A DNA stretch of 64,000 bases from Phoronis australis (taxonomy: Eukaryota > Animalia > Phoronida). Below are positions 11,563-24,660 of this stretch, one piece after another; within the stretch, counting starts at the first letter, position 1; every line of letters begins with the position of its first letter. The stretch spans positions 639,408 through 703,407 of the forward strand of contig NMRA01000203.1 in the NCBI GenBank assembly GCA_002633005.1, in the 5' to 3' direction. The notes below the pieces were generated by a model. The model saw only the letters and a program-made list of their open reading frames with translations. It had not been told where the DNA came from and ran no database searches. A program made the translations under genes and the position numbers.

Positions 11563-14500
11563 TTAATGACACGTGAAATGTTTAATGTACCTGTAATGTG
11601 GAAATTTCAGGGATGGGCTCACAATGAACTTAACTAATTAAGTTTCGCTGGCGATCAAAATCTACCACTGTTTTGGTATTTCAAGCTTAAAACTTAGATA
11701 AAATTTATCAACCCGTTCCCGGTAAAAAACAAGTGGGCAGAAGCATTAAAAATTAAATAACGAAAACCAATATGAAACGTATCGTTCCTTTGGGAAGTGG
11801 CCCTCTGTAAAGATAAACACAAGTTAACCTTTTTAGCCATTTTGTAATATTTATAATCTACCAAGTTTAAACTACTCTCCTGCAGCCTGTAACTCTGCAA
11901 ATGTCAGAGAAAACCAAATTGGGGGTATTAACAACAACCGTTGTTGAGACAGTAATGCTAGCTATTACCTTTCCTCTTCATTAGCTCAGATCTACATCAA
12001 TACAAAGGGCGTGTTGAATGGGCATCGTAAAAGTTGTGTGGGGCTAAGGGAATATGAGAGGTGACCAGTGTAAGCGAGAAATTCTCCACATATTTTACTC
12101 ATATCGGCGCAAACCTGTATATTTAGTATACACTGAGTTAAGGCTTGGGCAACCTAGCCATGGTATGCGATGACCATCCCCTTAGAGGACACCTTTTTCG
12201 AAAAGTTCGAACAACCAGAAGCCACACAAAAAGGCATGGCGATGTAAAATCTTAACAATATGGCACAGCAATATGTGACAAGTAGTCGAGGACCCACCAG
12301 CCAAGTCACTGACATTTCAGCCAATCAGCAATCGCTGTCAGGATTTCAGTCTTTTGACAATAACTATGAATGAGCTTTTGTTTAGCCCGCAACTCCGGCA
12401 AATGTAAAATTTATTTGTATGTTAGAACTGGTTAACTGCTGAATTATTTTTACTACAGCGCCTTCTTAGGGTTATCTCAAGAATGATGTAGTGGCCTACA
12501 TTCTAACTAATAAATCAAAATACAGGCTTTGTGAATAGGTTAAAGAATATGTTTTCTGAAAAAAAAAGATTAGGAATTATAACTCTATGTTTTATATTTT
12601 TGTGCCATTATTATTGTTATTACAGGTCAAATTTCATTTTTATGAAAGGTACATTCATACCAAAAGAACCCCTCGATCGATTTCAATGAAACCATTTTTA
12701 AATCGAAACTTCACCAGTTACCCCAAAAACTATTTTGAGAATGTTCGATTAGTCTTATAGTTTGATATCTAAGACAAATCAACTCGCCAAATTTAAAGTA
12801 ATTTTTGCCTAAATAGCAGTCGATTTTGTCTTTATTACATATCACAAAAAGTAGGCCTTTCTATCGAAAATCCTATCAGCGTGTTTGAGATGTAAAATTA
12901 CCTATCAAATTGATGAATTTATGTGAGGATTTATCTTTTTTCACAAGTTACTGTGTACGTTAACACAGAGTCAAAGAGGCGTGTGGCGACTGGACCATTC
13001 GTTCTCAACGGTCGTATGCATGCAGATGCCCAACTGCCTCAAGATCAAAACTGCGTTTTGTCTTTCTTTTCCCCGGCATCTTTCTCTCATAGGTACACCT
13101 CGTTATTATGGCAACTCGTTGAATGAAAGGACTGAGGGTACGTACGGAACTGCTCGGTGCGTGGCGGAAGATTCGATTTGAGTGACAGTCCTTAACCTTT
13201 GACCTCGGATAAGTAGTGAACAAATTTCCACGCGGTTGTGCGGTTCCAAGGTGGTTCTACTAAATCTTTTGTTTCTCGCTACACGCCACGGTATATATTC
13301 CGTATTTGAAGTTCCCCGAGAAAGAAGATTAGGTATTTTGCTAGACATAAGTGAAATATTGTGAAAACGGCTAATTTTTCTGAATAAGTTTTGAGATATT
13401 TTTAAATCTTATGAAACAAGCTAAAAGTTTTCATGCAGACAAACTTAGTTTTTTCATTATAATTTACCTCCTCGGATATCTTATTACTGTCAGCCAAACT
13501 AAATCATAATATACAAAGATTTTTGATGAAATTTGCCCAAATGAAGTAGCATATGGAACTATAGCAAATCTTAGCTTATTATTCTGCCATACATCGATCG
13601 ATTTTTTAAATCTAGTACAAATGAATTCAAAATCCCTACCAAGGTTTTTACGTAAATTCACAATAACTTTATTTTTCATCTGAAAGTGAAATAGCAGCTG
13701 AAGATTGTGCATTTACGAATATTCAAACTCACCGTTCATAAAAATAACCTAGAATGACTTGAAGCATACAAATACTTTTTATGTCTTGAACAAGATATAA
13801 AAATATATCAAAATGGTCACAGAAATATTTTGAGAACAGTGACAATGTGTTTTGGAAAGGATTTAGGAAACATTGACATTTAAAAAATTTAGAATATACT
13901 TTTTTGTGAATTAAAATGCCATTTGCCTTTTTGAGTCACGGCTAACACACTTCATGTACATACATGTTCTAAACTGGAATATTGAATACCGATCAGCCTT
14001 CACGCCTCATATTCATTAGAGACAAGTAATTAATCTGGAGAAGTAGACAGACAGTTTAGTAGAAAGGCTTACGTGAGACATGAAAATTTGAAGACTGTTT
14101 TGGTCCTTCAGATCAAGCGCAATTGGTTTGTCAAGACGGCAATATTTGACTACTTCGGGGTCGTCAAGAGAAAGTTTTCTTACCGTTCTGGCAACGAGGA
14201 CCCCAATACTTTGCAGAACAACGGCATTCGTTGTCATCGACACAAGTACCTCCATTCAAGCAGTAGCCGGTTTCACACATTACTAAAAAAGTAAGAGTGT
14301 CATTTTGCCATTAGCACCGCGGTATTTGTTACTAATTCACTTGTCATTCCCCCATGAAAAAATAAGTAATGACACGATTAACGAAGATTTTAACAGGTAA
14401 ACTAGGTCTTAGACCTAGGATTCATATGTCGTAATGTATTGTCAGTAACCATTTATTAATGTGCCAAAAAGAAGAAGAAAATTGTCAAAAATGACCCCTT

Positions 14501-14605
14501 AGTTAATACTAACGGTAACACTCGTAAAAAACTAAGTTTAGGTTTAATGTATTTGTGTCTCAAAACCCAAATCCGGAGAGATGAATCAAACTCGAAAGGA
14601 CTGAC

Positions 14606-14829
14606 CTTGTCTCTCGCACACGTAGGGGTGACTAGCAGAGCACGATCTATCCTGCCACACCCCTGCGGAATTGCTACTTCCGGTGCGAACTATCCTCGCG
14701 CAGTCGCCATCGCCGTCTGGTTCGCTGATATCCCATTTGGTGAAACGGGAATCGCTTCCCGATATCCACTTCCAGATAGGGTTTTTTCTTGTAATTCCTA
14801 ACCAGTAATCGTTAGAATTATCTCGTACT
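14606..14829 (-). CDS. C-type lectin domain, second exon
   Basis: Acceptor tgtaatttcag| (phase 2). VRDNSNDYWLGITRKNPIWKWISGSDSRFTKWDISEPDGDGDCARI...VWQDRSCSASHPYVCERQ has WLG, EPD, WQD and the conserved Cys. Possible phase-1 donor |gtcag at 14605; otherwise the stop is at 14586. Confidence 0.88.
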
Positions 14830-16358
14830 CTGAAATTACAGTCACATTTACATCTTTTTATTGCATTACAACCGTGTTTAAGTATTGTCATGGTAATGAT
14901 TATTAACATACATAAATTCTCCATTGCCACTGGCGGATGTCTCCTCACATCTCTTTGACACATGTTTGAACTAATATTAGCTTAGAGCTCGTATCATAAA
15001 GGTTCCTAGTTGTTAGGGATATTATAATTATTGTGTAGGTCGTTGACTCTGTGCAGAACGATTTGTTTGCATAGCATATGCTTTTATTTCAAAATCGTCA
15101 GAAAGCATAATGGTACAAAAACCATGGAAACGCTTAGATTACAAACAAGGAAAGAGAGCATTGTTGATAAAATTTTCGTTTCTTCAAACAGCTTCGTTTT
15201 GGAAAACATTTAGAGAATATCTTCCTATTTTGCAACCTCTAATTCGTCGCAAAAAATAAAACAACGCGCTCTGTCATGAATGTTGTTTATACCTCATTAG
15301 TGCCTTGTGGATTTGAGACTTCACCTTGAACTGTCAGGTTCGAGGTCAAAAAACAGAAGCTGGTTAGAATATGAGCCACCCATTGAGGATTTAGATATAT
15401 CGCAAAGTACGGGCGAAATTGCTCATCGGATACGGGGGAAAATTAGGGAAAATTCGGGCGTATCAAGAAAAAATGGACAGAGACCACCCAATGGAAAAAG
15501 TACAGGAGAAATTATCGATAAAGTAAGTTGCGGTACCTATTCAACGTGGGAAGATAGCCGGATGGTCATTTAAACAAACTGTTGGGGACCGGGTGGAATG
15601 CATATACTTCACAAATAATTAGTCAAGCGATATTATATGAGAGGTTAAATTTGATAACTAATAGAAAGCAATTTGAATTCCATTTACAGCAGACCAAAAA
15701 TGTTCATCTAGGCTAATCATAAATTCAAATATTTCAATCTGCTTCATCATATATCACATAATGCAACTTTTGGCCCGATCACTGGAAAACATTTCTAAGA
15801 AAAAATCTGGTTCCGAGAACACGAAACTGAAAGCGCTCAGGGGCCAAGAAATCAAACTAATGGAGACTTTTACGAAAAATGTAGCAATAGCAAAGCAGAA
15901 ACAGGTTCTTCTAATCTATGTCCAGGATTGAAACCAAGCGAAATCCCTCTTGAAATATCACACGCATCAAAGTGTAGCCTATCGCGGACGAGTCTCACAG
16001 CGTTAACAAGTCATATTCGGTGTGGTTGCAATATCATACACTGCTGGAATCGTCAGTGACCAAACATGCTACAAATGTATGCTTGGAGTTATCTCCGCTC
16101 CAATTTGAAACAGTAAATGTTCTAAAAATCTTTGCTCTCCGTTTTAGTGAAAGACAGCGTATTGGACGTTGATTACATATGCGACTTTGTGGCGATGGCT
16201 TTACTAGCAGAAACGTCAAGAAATGTCGTTGACACCGATACATACGTCTAATGTAGATCTAGCCTCTACCGGAAAGTTGAGATGCATTCACTAGCGAAAT
16301 AGGTGTATCGGCCGTGATAAAACATCATGTGAAGAGGCAAATATGAGTGTAAATGTTG

Positions 16359-16761
16359 ATGCATTAATAATGGCGCTGGCAACAGTAATATTGAACCGTG
16401 TGCCAGGGCTCTGAGGTGATGCATTAATACTGGCACTAGCGACAGTAATATTGAACCGTGTGCCAGGGATCTGAGGTGATGCATTAATAATGGCACTGGC
16501 AACAGTAATATTGAGCCGTGTGCCAGGGCTCTGAGGTGATGCATTAATACTGGCACTGGCAACACCAGGGCGGCTCTGAGGTGATGCATTAATACTGGCA
16601 CTAGCGACAGTAATATTGAACCGTGTGCCAGGGTTCTGAGGTGATGCATTAATAATGGCACTGGCAACAGTAATATCGAGCCATGTGCCAGGGATCTGAG
16701 GTGATGCATTAATAATGGCACTGGCAACAGTAATATTGAGCCATGTGCCAGGGCTCTGAGG
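16359..16761. repeat. 60-bp minisatellite (~7 units, one shortened) in lectin intron
   Basis: Unit atgcattaata(a/c)tggcact(g/a)gc(a/g)acagtaatattga(a/g)cc(g/a)tgtgccaggg(c/a/t)tctgaggtg. Confidence 0.95.
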
Positions 16762-17619
16762 CCTTTCATTTACTCTTTAAAGCGTTACATCCATTTAATC
16801 TCATCGGTTCATGCAATATTTCGAGTGCCAAAAATAAGATTTAGAAAACACAGCCGTGCCATACAACACTCGTGTGTTCCCGAAAGAAAGATGATCGGAC
16901 AAAAACAGCATTACTGCTCCCAACAAGTGTTTCTACACGCCCTCTACCGATGATTATCATGGTCCTTAATCACCGATTTCTTTGTTTAGCATTCTGTGCC
17001 TGCTACGTTCTCCTTTTCTTCTTTTTGGTATTAGCGCCACTAGTTTAGACTACAATGAAAAGAATTCCGAGAAGACCGAAATATCGAGATTGAATCTGGT
17101 CTGGACACCCGTGCAAGCTAGCGGCGTGTACATAAATAAGAGAGGGCTGCTGTTGGGGTACAAGTTGCGTCGGTTGTACGACGCAGAAAAGCATTGGTTA
17201 CGTCATGTAGTAGAGTGTTGTGTTAAACGGGAGCATTTGTAAAGAATAGGTGACGTAACAAATCCGTGAATTATGTTGAATCAAACTTTGCGCTTCTAAA
17301 TTGCCAATGCCTCCTTATTAGTTTCGTGAATAACATGTCCATTCATTTTCTGTACCTACGCTTTATTATACCCATCAACGTAGATAGTTGTCAAACAAAA
17401 TTCGCAGATCAGTCACATTCACGACATTCTACAAAAAGCTCTGTAGTTGGGGGGGGGGGGCACATTTTCTCACGTGGCTCCACCAACGAAGAACTGCCCA
17501 ACACCACCACTGCACATGCAGGTATGAGTAATTTCCGACGAAAAAGAAATCTTGTAATATCCCGGGCATCAAAAGCAGTGTCAACAGACCATTACCATTT
17601 TGATAGCTTCTTCTGCTTA

Positions 17620-18072
17620 CAACAACGGTTTTAAGTCGACTTGACATGTTTTGGTTTCATTAATTCAGACGCCATCATCAGAAGAGAGAATGCAGTGGCC
17701 ACCTGGCTAGGCCCACCAACAAGTAATGAAGTACAGATACAGTCAGTTACAGGGAGTGACAATGAACTAGACCAACAATGACACCCTGTGGTGTGCCAGT
17801 TGCGTATTGAGATGGGCTTGCACCAACTGATGTGTAGAGCCTCACGAATTTTAAGCTCCTTTGTTGTTACTGCCTGGTCTATTGTTGCAGTCATTGAAAG
17901 AGCACTGACAATGATTGGAGTTCTGTAGGTGAATATTTACATGTGAACTTCTGTCAGAATTTATATGTTCCTTGGTCCTGGTTTTCAAATAGCGAACAGT
18001 TTCGCCTATATAACTGNGGTGTTTGAATAAATGACACCGAAACATGTCAAGTCGACTTAAAACCATTGTTGT
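17620..18072 (-). mobile_element. Penelope-like element 3' fragment (GIY-YIG endonuclease) with inverted pseudo-LTR
   Basis: SYIGETVRYLKTRTKEH...HVNIHLQ...IDQAVTTKELKIREALHI...KP (frameshifted). 17620-17675 and 18018-18070 are inverted copies. CTGATGA (- strand, ~17675-17681) and GAAACATGTC (18039-18048) are hammerhead core boxes. N join at 18017. Confidence 0.85.
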
Positions 18073-18272
18073 TTTCCTTAATATATGCTGCTACTTGCTA
18101 TCATGGAGTGCTTCTGCTTTCCTTTCTAGTACAATTTCCTGTTCTGAACTATTTTAAGCGGACTCACGAAATGTCGATTTCCACGGCATGTTATTGGGCA
18201 GTTTAGGGGAGCTACCTGGTAACTGACAATTCTGAAAGCGAAAGAATATATTTTTGTAGTAAGGTAACATAC

Positions 18273-18438
18273 GTGAAGTTGTACAGGAATGTATTTTCTT
18301 CCAGTGATTCCACTGTAACGAGATGTGACGACTTGGTGAGACAGTCATTTTCAGCTGCTTGCCAGTCTTTGGTGACAGCGAGACGTTCATAGCATGATGA
18401 TCCAAAACGGGACCAACCATCTGGGCATCTTCCTGAAG
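18273..18438 (-). CDS. C-type lectin domain, first exon
   Basis: Acceptor tttccattctag| (alternative AG 6 nt downstream). SGRCPDGWSRFGSSCYERLAVTKDWQAAENDCLTKSSHLVTVESLEENTFLYNF. Phase-2 donor |gtatg joins 14829 in frame. Confidence 0.88.
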
Positions 18439-18899
18439 CTAGAATGGAAACGTTACCGTTCCGTTTCTGCTTCGCTTCAAATGGTCTCATTTCATTTAAT
18501 TCAATGTCTAGACACAAATCACCCTTATTTAAAAAACGTGTTTTTGTTCTTTAAAACGACGAGTTAGCGTCCCTAATTACACATAACATTATGGACCAAA
18601 TGGATTTTATCGATAGCTTCAAACGGAATTTATTCAAGTTTGAAGTTTACGACTTCGCCTTGACCACTGCGTGAGACATTGAATGACCACCCATAGCACA
18701 TATTTTAAGTCAAAAGAAAAACATTTACCATGACAATGATATTGCGAATGAAACTGAAATACAAGAATAAAATATAAATTAATGTAGTAAAAATTCAACT
18801 AGTATTCTCAACTTAGGTGTAAACTTAAAAACAGCTGTAACAGATATTTTTAATAAACCATGATTACTTGAATTTTCCTAACACGCTAAAAACCACATA

Positions 18900-19227
18900 A
18901 GTAGTAAAGCAAGTCATTTAGGCGCCCCGTTTTTGCGGCTCCTCGGTCAAAGGTCATCAATCCGAAATGAAACGTCAACGGCCACGCGTGATGGATACAA
19001 TCGGAAGGGACGTCATCCGCCTACCAGTGTCAATGACGTCGCACCTCATTACGTAATAGGTTTAATTGGACCCGTTAGAGAGGCACCTTTTTCCAAGGTC
19101 AAGGTCATGCGTGTAACCGGGAAACGTCGGCAAACCGGAACGAAGATGAGGTCGAATTGGAAATCACGTGATTGTTGACGTATCAGACAGGCAAAAACGG
19201 GGCGTCTAAATGACTCACTATACTACT
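18900..19227. mobile_element. 328-bp non-autonomous TIR element with Polinton/Maverick-type ends
   Basis: ~37-bp TIR AGTAGTAAAGCAAGTCATTTAGGCGCCCCGTTTTTGC / GCAAAAACGGGGCGTCTAAATGACTCACTATACTACT. 6-bp TSD CACATA at 18894-18899 and 19228-19233. Confidence 0.7.
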
Positions 19228-22202
19228 CACATAGCATTGTATTTCTTCTTTAAATCTTGCTTTAAACCTCTATAGCTTTCAAACAGTTTCTAAGATTTTC
19301 GAAATTTGTTTTACTAGGAATTGTATAATCATTTTTTGAAATCGCAATTCATTTCATCATCATCAAAAAAATTTCAAGCCAACCCATGCCAAATGACATC
19401 GTATGGAGGACCCAAGATATTGTTTATGTGCAAGATCCATGCGACGGGCTTAAGCGCGTCGCATGGTTATCGCCTTTGGGACACTTCCATTGTTTTCCTT
19501 TGTTGTGTCTTTGTTGGACATAACAATACAGGTCGCATGGATATCGTACTCTGGACGCATCAGCCCCGTTACCGATAAACGCTTGCCATTATCTTTATTA
19601 TAAGAAAGAAAAACAAGGCTACAATGGATACGCCCATCTATCGATACCTATGAGACGAGCTTGCGTGAGATGGCAGCGCAATCATTTATATTCTCTTTAA
19701 AGATATACTTTCCGCTTCATTTTAGTTAAAAAATTCAACAAACGGACTTTAAGGCAAGTTAGCTCAGTAGAAACATTTAAGCCTCATGACGCTCCTTTAA
19801 CACAATCCCAAATATTTTCAAACGTACTGAATTTAATTTGAATTTTTAAATTCTAAATTTGGGAATGTAAAGCTTGTAAAATTTGATTTTTGATTTTTAC
19901 TAATCTGTTATTACGTGAACATGGCTCTAGTAAACATAACTGAAGCTGTAATTAGAGACCTTGGCAGTCAAAAAGGAAGATTTAGAGGTTTTAGAAAAAT
20001 TCGGAAGTGTTCATTTGTGATTGCCGAGTTTTTAGGTCTTATAAAAAATCCCAAACACGCTCTTATTATAAATATTAAGAATTTCGTGAGAAGATGTTTA
20101 CATATTTGGATATCAATATCTAAACATGTGTTTAATAACAGTCTGAGATTTTCGTCGTACTTGTGGTAAATACTCAAAATTTTACCTGTGCCGCAGACGT
20201 GTGTGCAGACGGTACAAAGAACAACAAGTATACGCACTGTCTTCTTAACTGTTTGCTGAGGACTTAATACCTAAAATAAGAAAATTGTGGACATAAACCA
20301 GTATTCATGTGCATCTATACCTATCTACATGTATATTTACAAAAATATAAACTTGTACTTATAAATAATTATTCTGAAATCACGACTTTCTTACAGTCTG
20401 AACATGAGCTTATGAGACATTATCGGTTTTACAGCCGAAAGACGCAGTTTTGGGGTTATTATTGGTTAGGATTAGATGTCCTGGAGATAACAGGTTTGAC
20501 CTGAGCTACAAAACAACAAAACCCGGTTTGTTTTTGTCATTTTATCACAAATTGCCAACTCTCGCCGTTATCAGTCTTCCAGACGTTTGCTGATATCACG
20601 GCTGGTGACTTTACAAATAGAATACGCTCAAAATACTGCGCCACATACCTAGTGGGACTTAGTGCGGCCAACATGTGTTAGATTGGGACCGCTGGCATTG
20701 CAGGTGCGAGTCTGCGATGATGCTGATCCCTGAAAAGTACTTTTCTCGCCGAAATTATCTCTTTAACTCATGGAAGTAATTGCAAGGTGTCAAGTTCCTA
20801 TTTTCTCTAAAATATCCATTTAGTCTCGAAATGTCCAATTAAAAATCAGAAAATGAAATGCCATGATTACATTGATGGTGTATTTTTAATGTTTAAGTGG
20901 GTTGTAAGTGATAATTCTTAAAGTGGTCATAAATCGAGTGTAATTTAACCTCGCCAGAAAGTCACTGTCTCATCCTTTATCAATACGCACCACAGTGCTG
21001 TAATTACACACACAGTTGTTTGGAGTTTCCTGCTCTCCCGAATTTCTGTCATAGAGAATGATGATTAGTTCAGTCTAAGAAACTTTGTTGCTTTAATTTT
21101 TCATGCAAATTGTACCAATTCAACAAACAAAATAAACTTTATCAAACTCTGTCCCTTCGTCTGCTCCCAACCCCCTCTCCTAGTCTCCTACGACCCTTCT
21201 CCATGCTGAAGTTAAGTTATTCGTAACCAAAAGTAACACTTCTGGAACTAATTGGCTGAGTTAAAGTCGCGTTTGAAAAATTGAGCTACAGAAATTTCTC
21301 TAAGTTGCGTTTAGAAGGTGAAGCCAGTCAGCCTAAAGTCGCTACCGATAGTAATATGAGGTCACATTTAGCGGTGTTCGCCAAATCAAACGCTCCACAG
21401 AAACTTTCAGATTACGGAAACATCACCTCGAATACCCTTCAGCTTATCCTCAATAGGTGTACCTATGGAGAGAAGATTTGTGTCCAACATCTTGTATGTA
21501 CGCACTCGCAGAAGGTAATTCAGGTAATTTAGGTAATTCAAGCTATAGCCATGTGGCATTTTAGTTTGAGATCACACGTGGTGGATCGGGATGACAGGAG
21601 GGACATACCGTGACATTGCACTTAAAACATACTGTCCAGTCCGTACGGCAATGTGTGTCGATGCTGAAGGCACATATTGTCGCAATCGGCACATATGTTA
21701 CGACAACATCTGTCACAACAGGGTGCTGGGAGATCAATTGCAAAAACGAAATACTTTCGCTGTATATTAATGGTAAAATTCACATTTTATTCCTATTTTT
21801 AGTGTCATATTTCCCATTTTCACGCCAAAAACGATGTTATAGTTTTCTACATTATCATTTCGTTTTCTATTTATGTAACTATATTTTACAACCCCTCATA
21901 CAAAAGTAGAGCATTTTAAAAACAATACCTGTCAGCGTATTGGGAATAGTGTTCAAAGCATAGCATGTAAAAGTCCCAGCCATTTCAGAGATATGGTGTT
22001 TTTGACTGCTTTCTAAATATCTTACATAACCTTAATTTGCATTGAATTAAAAGTACACGTGCCTTTAATCATCTTCATGAACACAAACACAAGTAAAGTT
22101 TCAATAAACAAAACAAGAACTTTTCTAAAACGTAACAACATGTTTCGGCGGCAAAACATCCAACATTGTCAAACATTATATAGAGAATGGATGCCACGAT
22201 GG

Positions 22203-22345
22203 TATGCGCGCACCCAGGGGGCTCAAACTAGCCCTCCATTCGGCGAAATGGTAAAAGGTCCGCCTCAGCGAAACAAAAACTCCGAAAAAAGTAGTAAACG
22301 AGACAAAAATTAGAGCCCCCCATTTTTAGTTGGGGTTTGCGCATG
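22203..22345 (+). mobile_element. MITE family A, internally deleted copy
   Basis: tatgcgcgcacccagggggctc ... ttggggtttgcgcatg. Internal sequence is shared with the 871-1074 copy. Confidence 0.75.
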
Positions 22346-23336
22346 AGGTACAGTACATAGAAAATTCCAAAACACGCAAAAAGTACGAGTGTTAAAGGTA
22401 AGATTTCTTTCGCTCTAATATCCCATGTAGTGTATAAATTTGATTTTAGTTGTTGTTAAGCAACTTATATTGGTGAGAAAACTCGCCACTTGACTACAAG
22501 GATGAAGCGACACCTAGTTAGCGATAAGAACTTACTTATAGCTCCCTTGCGAAAAGTCGCGTGACAACCGATAAATAAACACTAAGTTTTACCCGACAGC
22601 CGCTGTTTGTTGGGTACAATGGCGGCTTGGACTCGAAACCAAGGGGTGTCAAGAATGTTACGTTCCGAATGGTCAGTTAAGCCGTCACTCAACATCCTGG
22701 CGATAGGTCAGTTCACATATCTTTTGACACTTGGAAAACAATGATTGGCCAAAACCCTTTTGTCCACCTGACGTCACACGCTTGCTAGCGCCGCCGGTGG
22801 AGGTCATGATAATTCGCGAATCGTGGTAACCACTGATTTAGCCTCAGTGGACATTAAAGCAGCAAAAGTCAGACCAGTCACCGATAGATTTGTAAGAAAT
22901 AATGCTTTGTATTGTGACTTTCGTCTTCCTCAAAAGTTCACACAGTGAATTCTGAGGTTGCATTGAATAAGTTTACTCAACTTGCGGGTGTCTGATGTCC
23001 ACCTTACACACTCCATGCAGCGGTTGTGTTTAGGTTCCAGCTTCAGCCTCGTTTGATTTACAGCAGTGATAAGCTGTCTACTGTCTGTGAGTGGAATGTG
23101 GTCCAGCATTCGATAATTTCATTTTTATCTTTAATTATGAAAGTTAATCATAAATTAGCGTCGACCACAACGGTATGTTTTTGTTCTAAATCGATTCACA
23201 TTTGCTAAAGATTCCCCTACATATCCATGAATAGTTCCATTGAAGAACAGCACTTTCTGTGGCCTGCATACATTACGGCGTTTTCCCGTTGCTCCCAACT
23301 TGTTCGATTCTATAGCCCAACAACAAGTTAGGAATT

Positions 23337-24319
23337 TTACTTCTGTAGCCAATATCTTACACGACTGATAAACTCCATTTTGGCATTTATTGTTGGAGGG
23401 TCAGCTCTCTCTTTCTTGATAATTGCTCTAATCTCGGCCAATAAGATCGTATCTACCCTGACTGGGCTGTGCTGTTAAAAATAAAAGTTAAGTTATAACA
23501 TATTTGAACATAAACCAATAGAATTTCTGAAATCTTCGTCAAATGGTGATCATGTTTAGTTTTTGAATCGCCAAAATCGCCCAACTGCAACCGAAGTTAA
23601 GACAATCTATTCTTTCCGAATACCAATTCACTCCCAGTTTGACTGTGTTCACAGGTGGTTTGTAATAAGCCTGGTAGATAATTGGCCTGCTTGTTGTCAT
23701 AACATACAAAAGACTGTGCTTGGCAGTTAACAAAAAAGCTAGATGTTATCACACGCTCAGAACGCCCGACGTGTGGTAAAGTCCCTGAACGGGAAAACGC
23801 TGTCATGTACAAATGGTGTCATCACCCTGAGTCAAGTTACCAGTTGTGAAAGTGGGCACTAGTATCTAGTTATTGCGATCCAGGACCGGAGTTAAGAGTT
23901 CATACTGACCGCAACAACCTAAACCATCGACGCGTCGACGTTAGTATGAAAGGCCCTTTAAGTGACCTGCCCTTGTAGAGCCTGCAATATTCTGATTATT
24001 CTCCATTTCAAGGCAAAATATCAACATCAGTCAAAGTATTAATTCACAGAAAGTTTTCAATGAATTATTAATCCCAGATGTTAATATTTTTCCAAAACCC
24101 GGCTACAATACTTTTTAGCAGGTTACTCTTGCCTAGCTGCCTGTGATCAAACTTGGCAAGGACTGTTTTGATTAATTGGTGCGAAAAAGTTGATGTAGCA
24201 AATAGTATTCTGTGGTTCACTGGCACAGCCAGAACTATTAACAAAAGTTTCTCAAAAACTTCCCTTGGTGTTTCATAAACGTCGGTCCCGCCCAATAGCC
24301 GGCAACGTTTCTCATTTGC
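23337..24319 (-). pseudogene. possible degraded DUF4806/BEN-like two-exon coding remnant
   Basis: Two AG-preceded segments: from 24319, RLLGGTDVYETPREVFEKLL..LAVPVNH...RQLGKSNLLKSIV; 23471-23337, HSPVRVDTILLAEIRAIIKKERADPPTINAKMEFISRVRYWLQK*. The resemblance is from memory of the family only. Confidence 0.3.
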
Positions 24320-24660
24320 CTAACTGGTGATTGATAACCATTATTATGACATTCACAATTATCTACACGAAATTGACATTATATTCCATTCTTTTTTGGA
24401 CATTATGATTCTACAAAAACAATGACTTCATTGACACTTGGCTTTCCACTAACTAGTCCATGAACTCGGTTCTTGGACCTCCACTATAGAGGCGCCAGCT
24501 TGCGTGTGACGTCAGATGCCAAAAGGGCATTGGTCAACATTCACCATTCTGCCAATGCACAGATTTCCCACCACGAATCGTTAACACTGCTACACTGAGT
24601 TGTGATTCGCTGATGGCTAGCCAATCCTGTTCTGGTATTTTTGCCTGTTTTGGAATTTTC

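Noticed and set aside
16266-16769. 167-aa repetitive ORF, or a CRISPR-like array
   Set aside because: It is a 60-bp minisatellite with no unique spacers, in a eukaryotic intron. The frame stays open because most units are 60 bp, a multiple of 3.
21561-21743. Cys-rich ORF as a lectin-gene exon or zinc finger
   Set aside because: There is no convincing splice acceptor or known Cys spacing.
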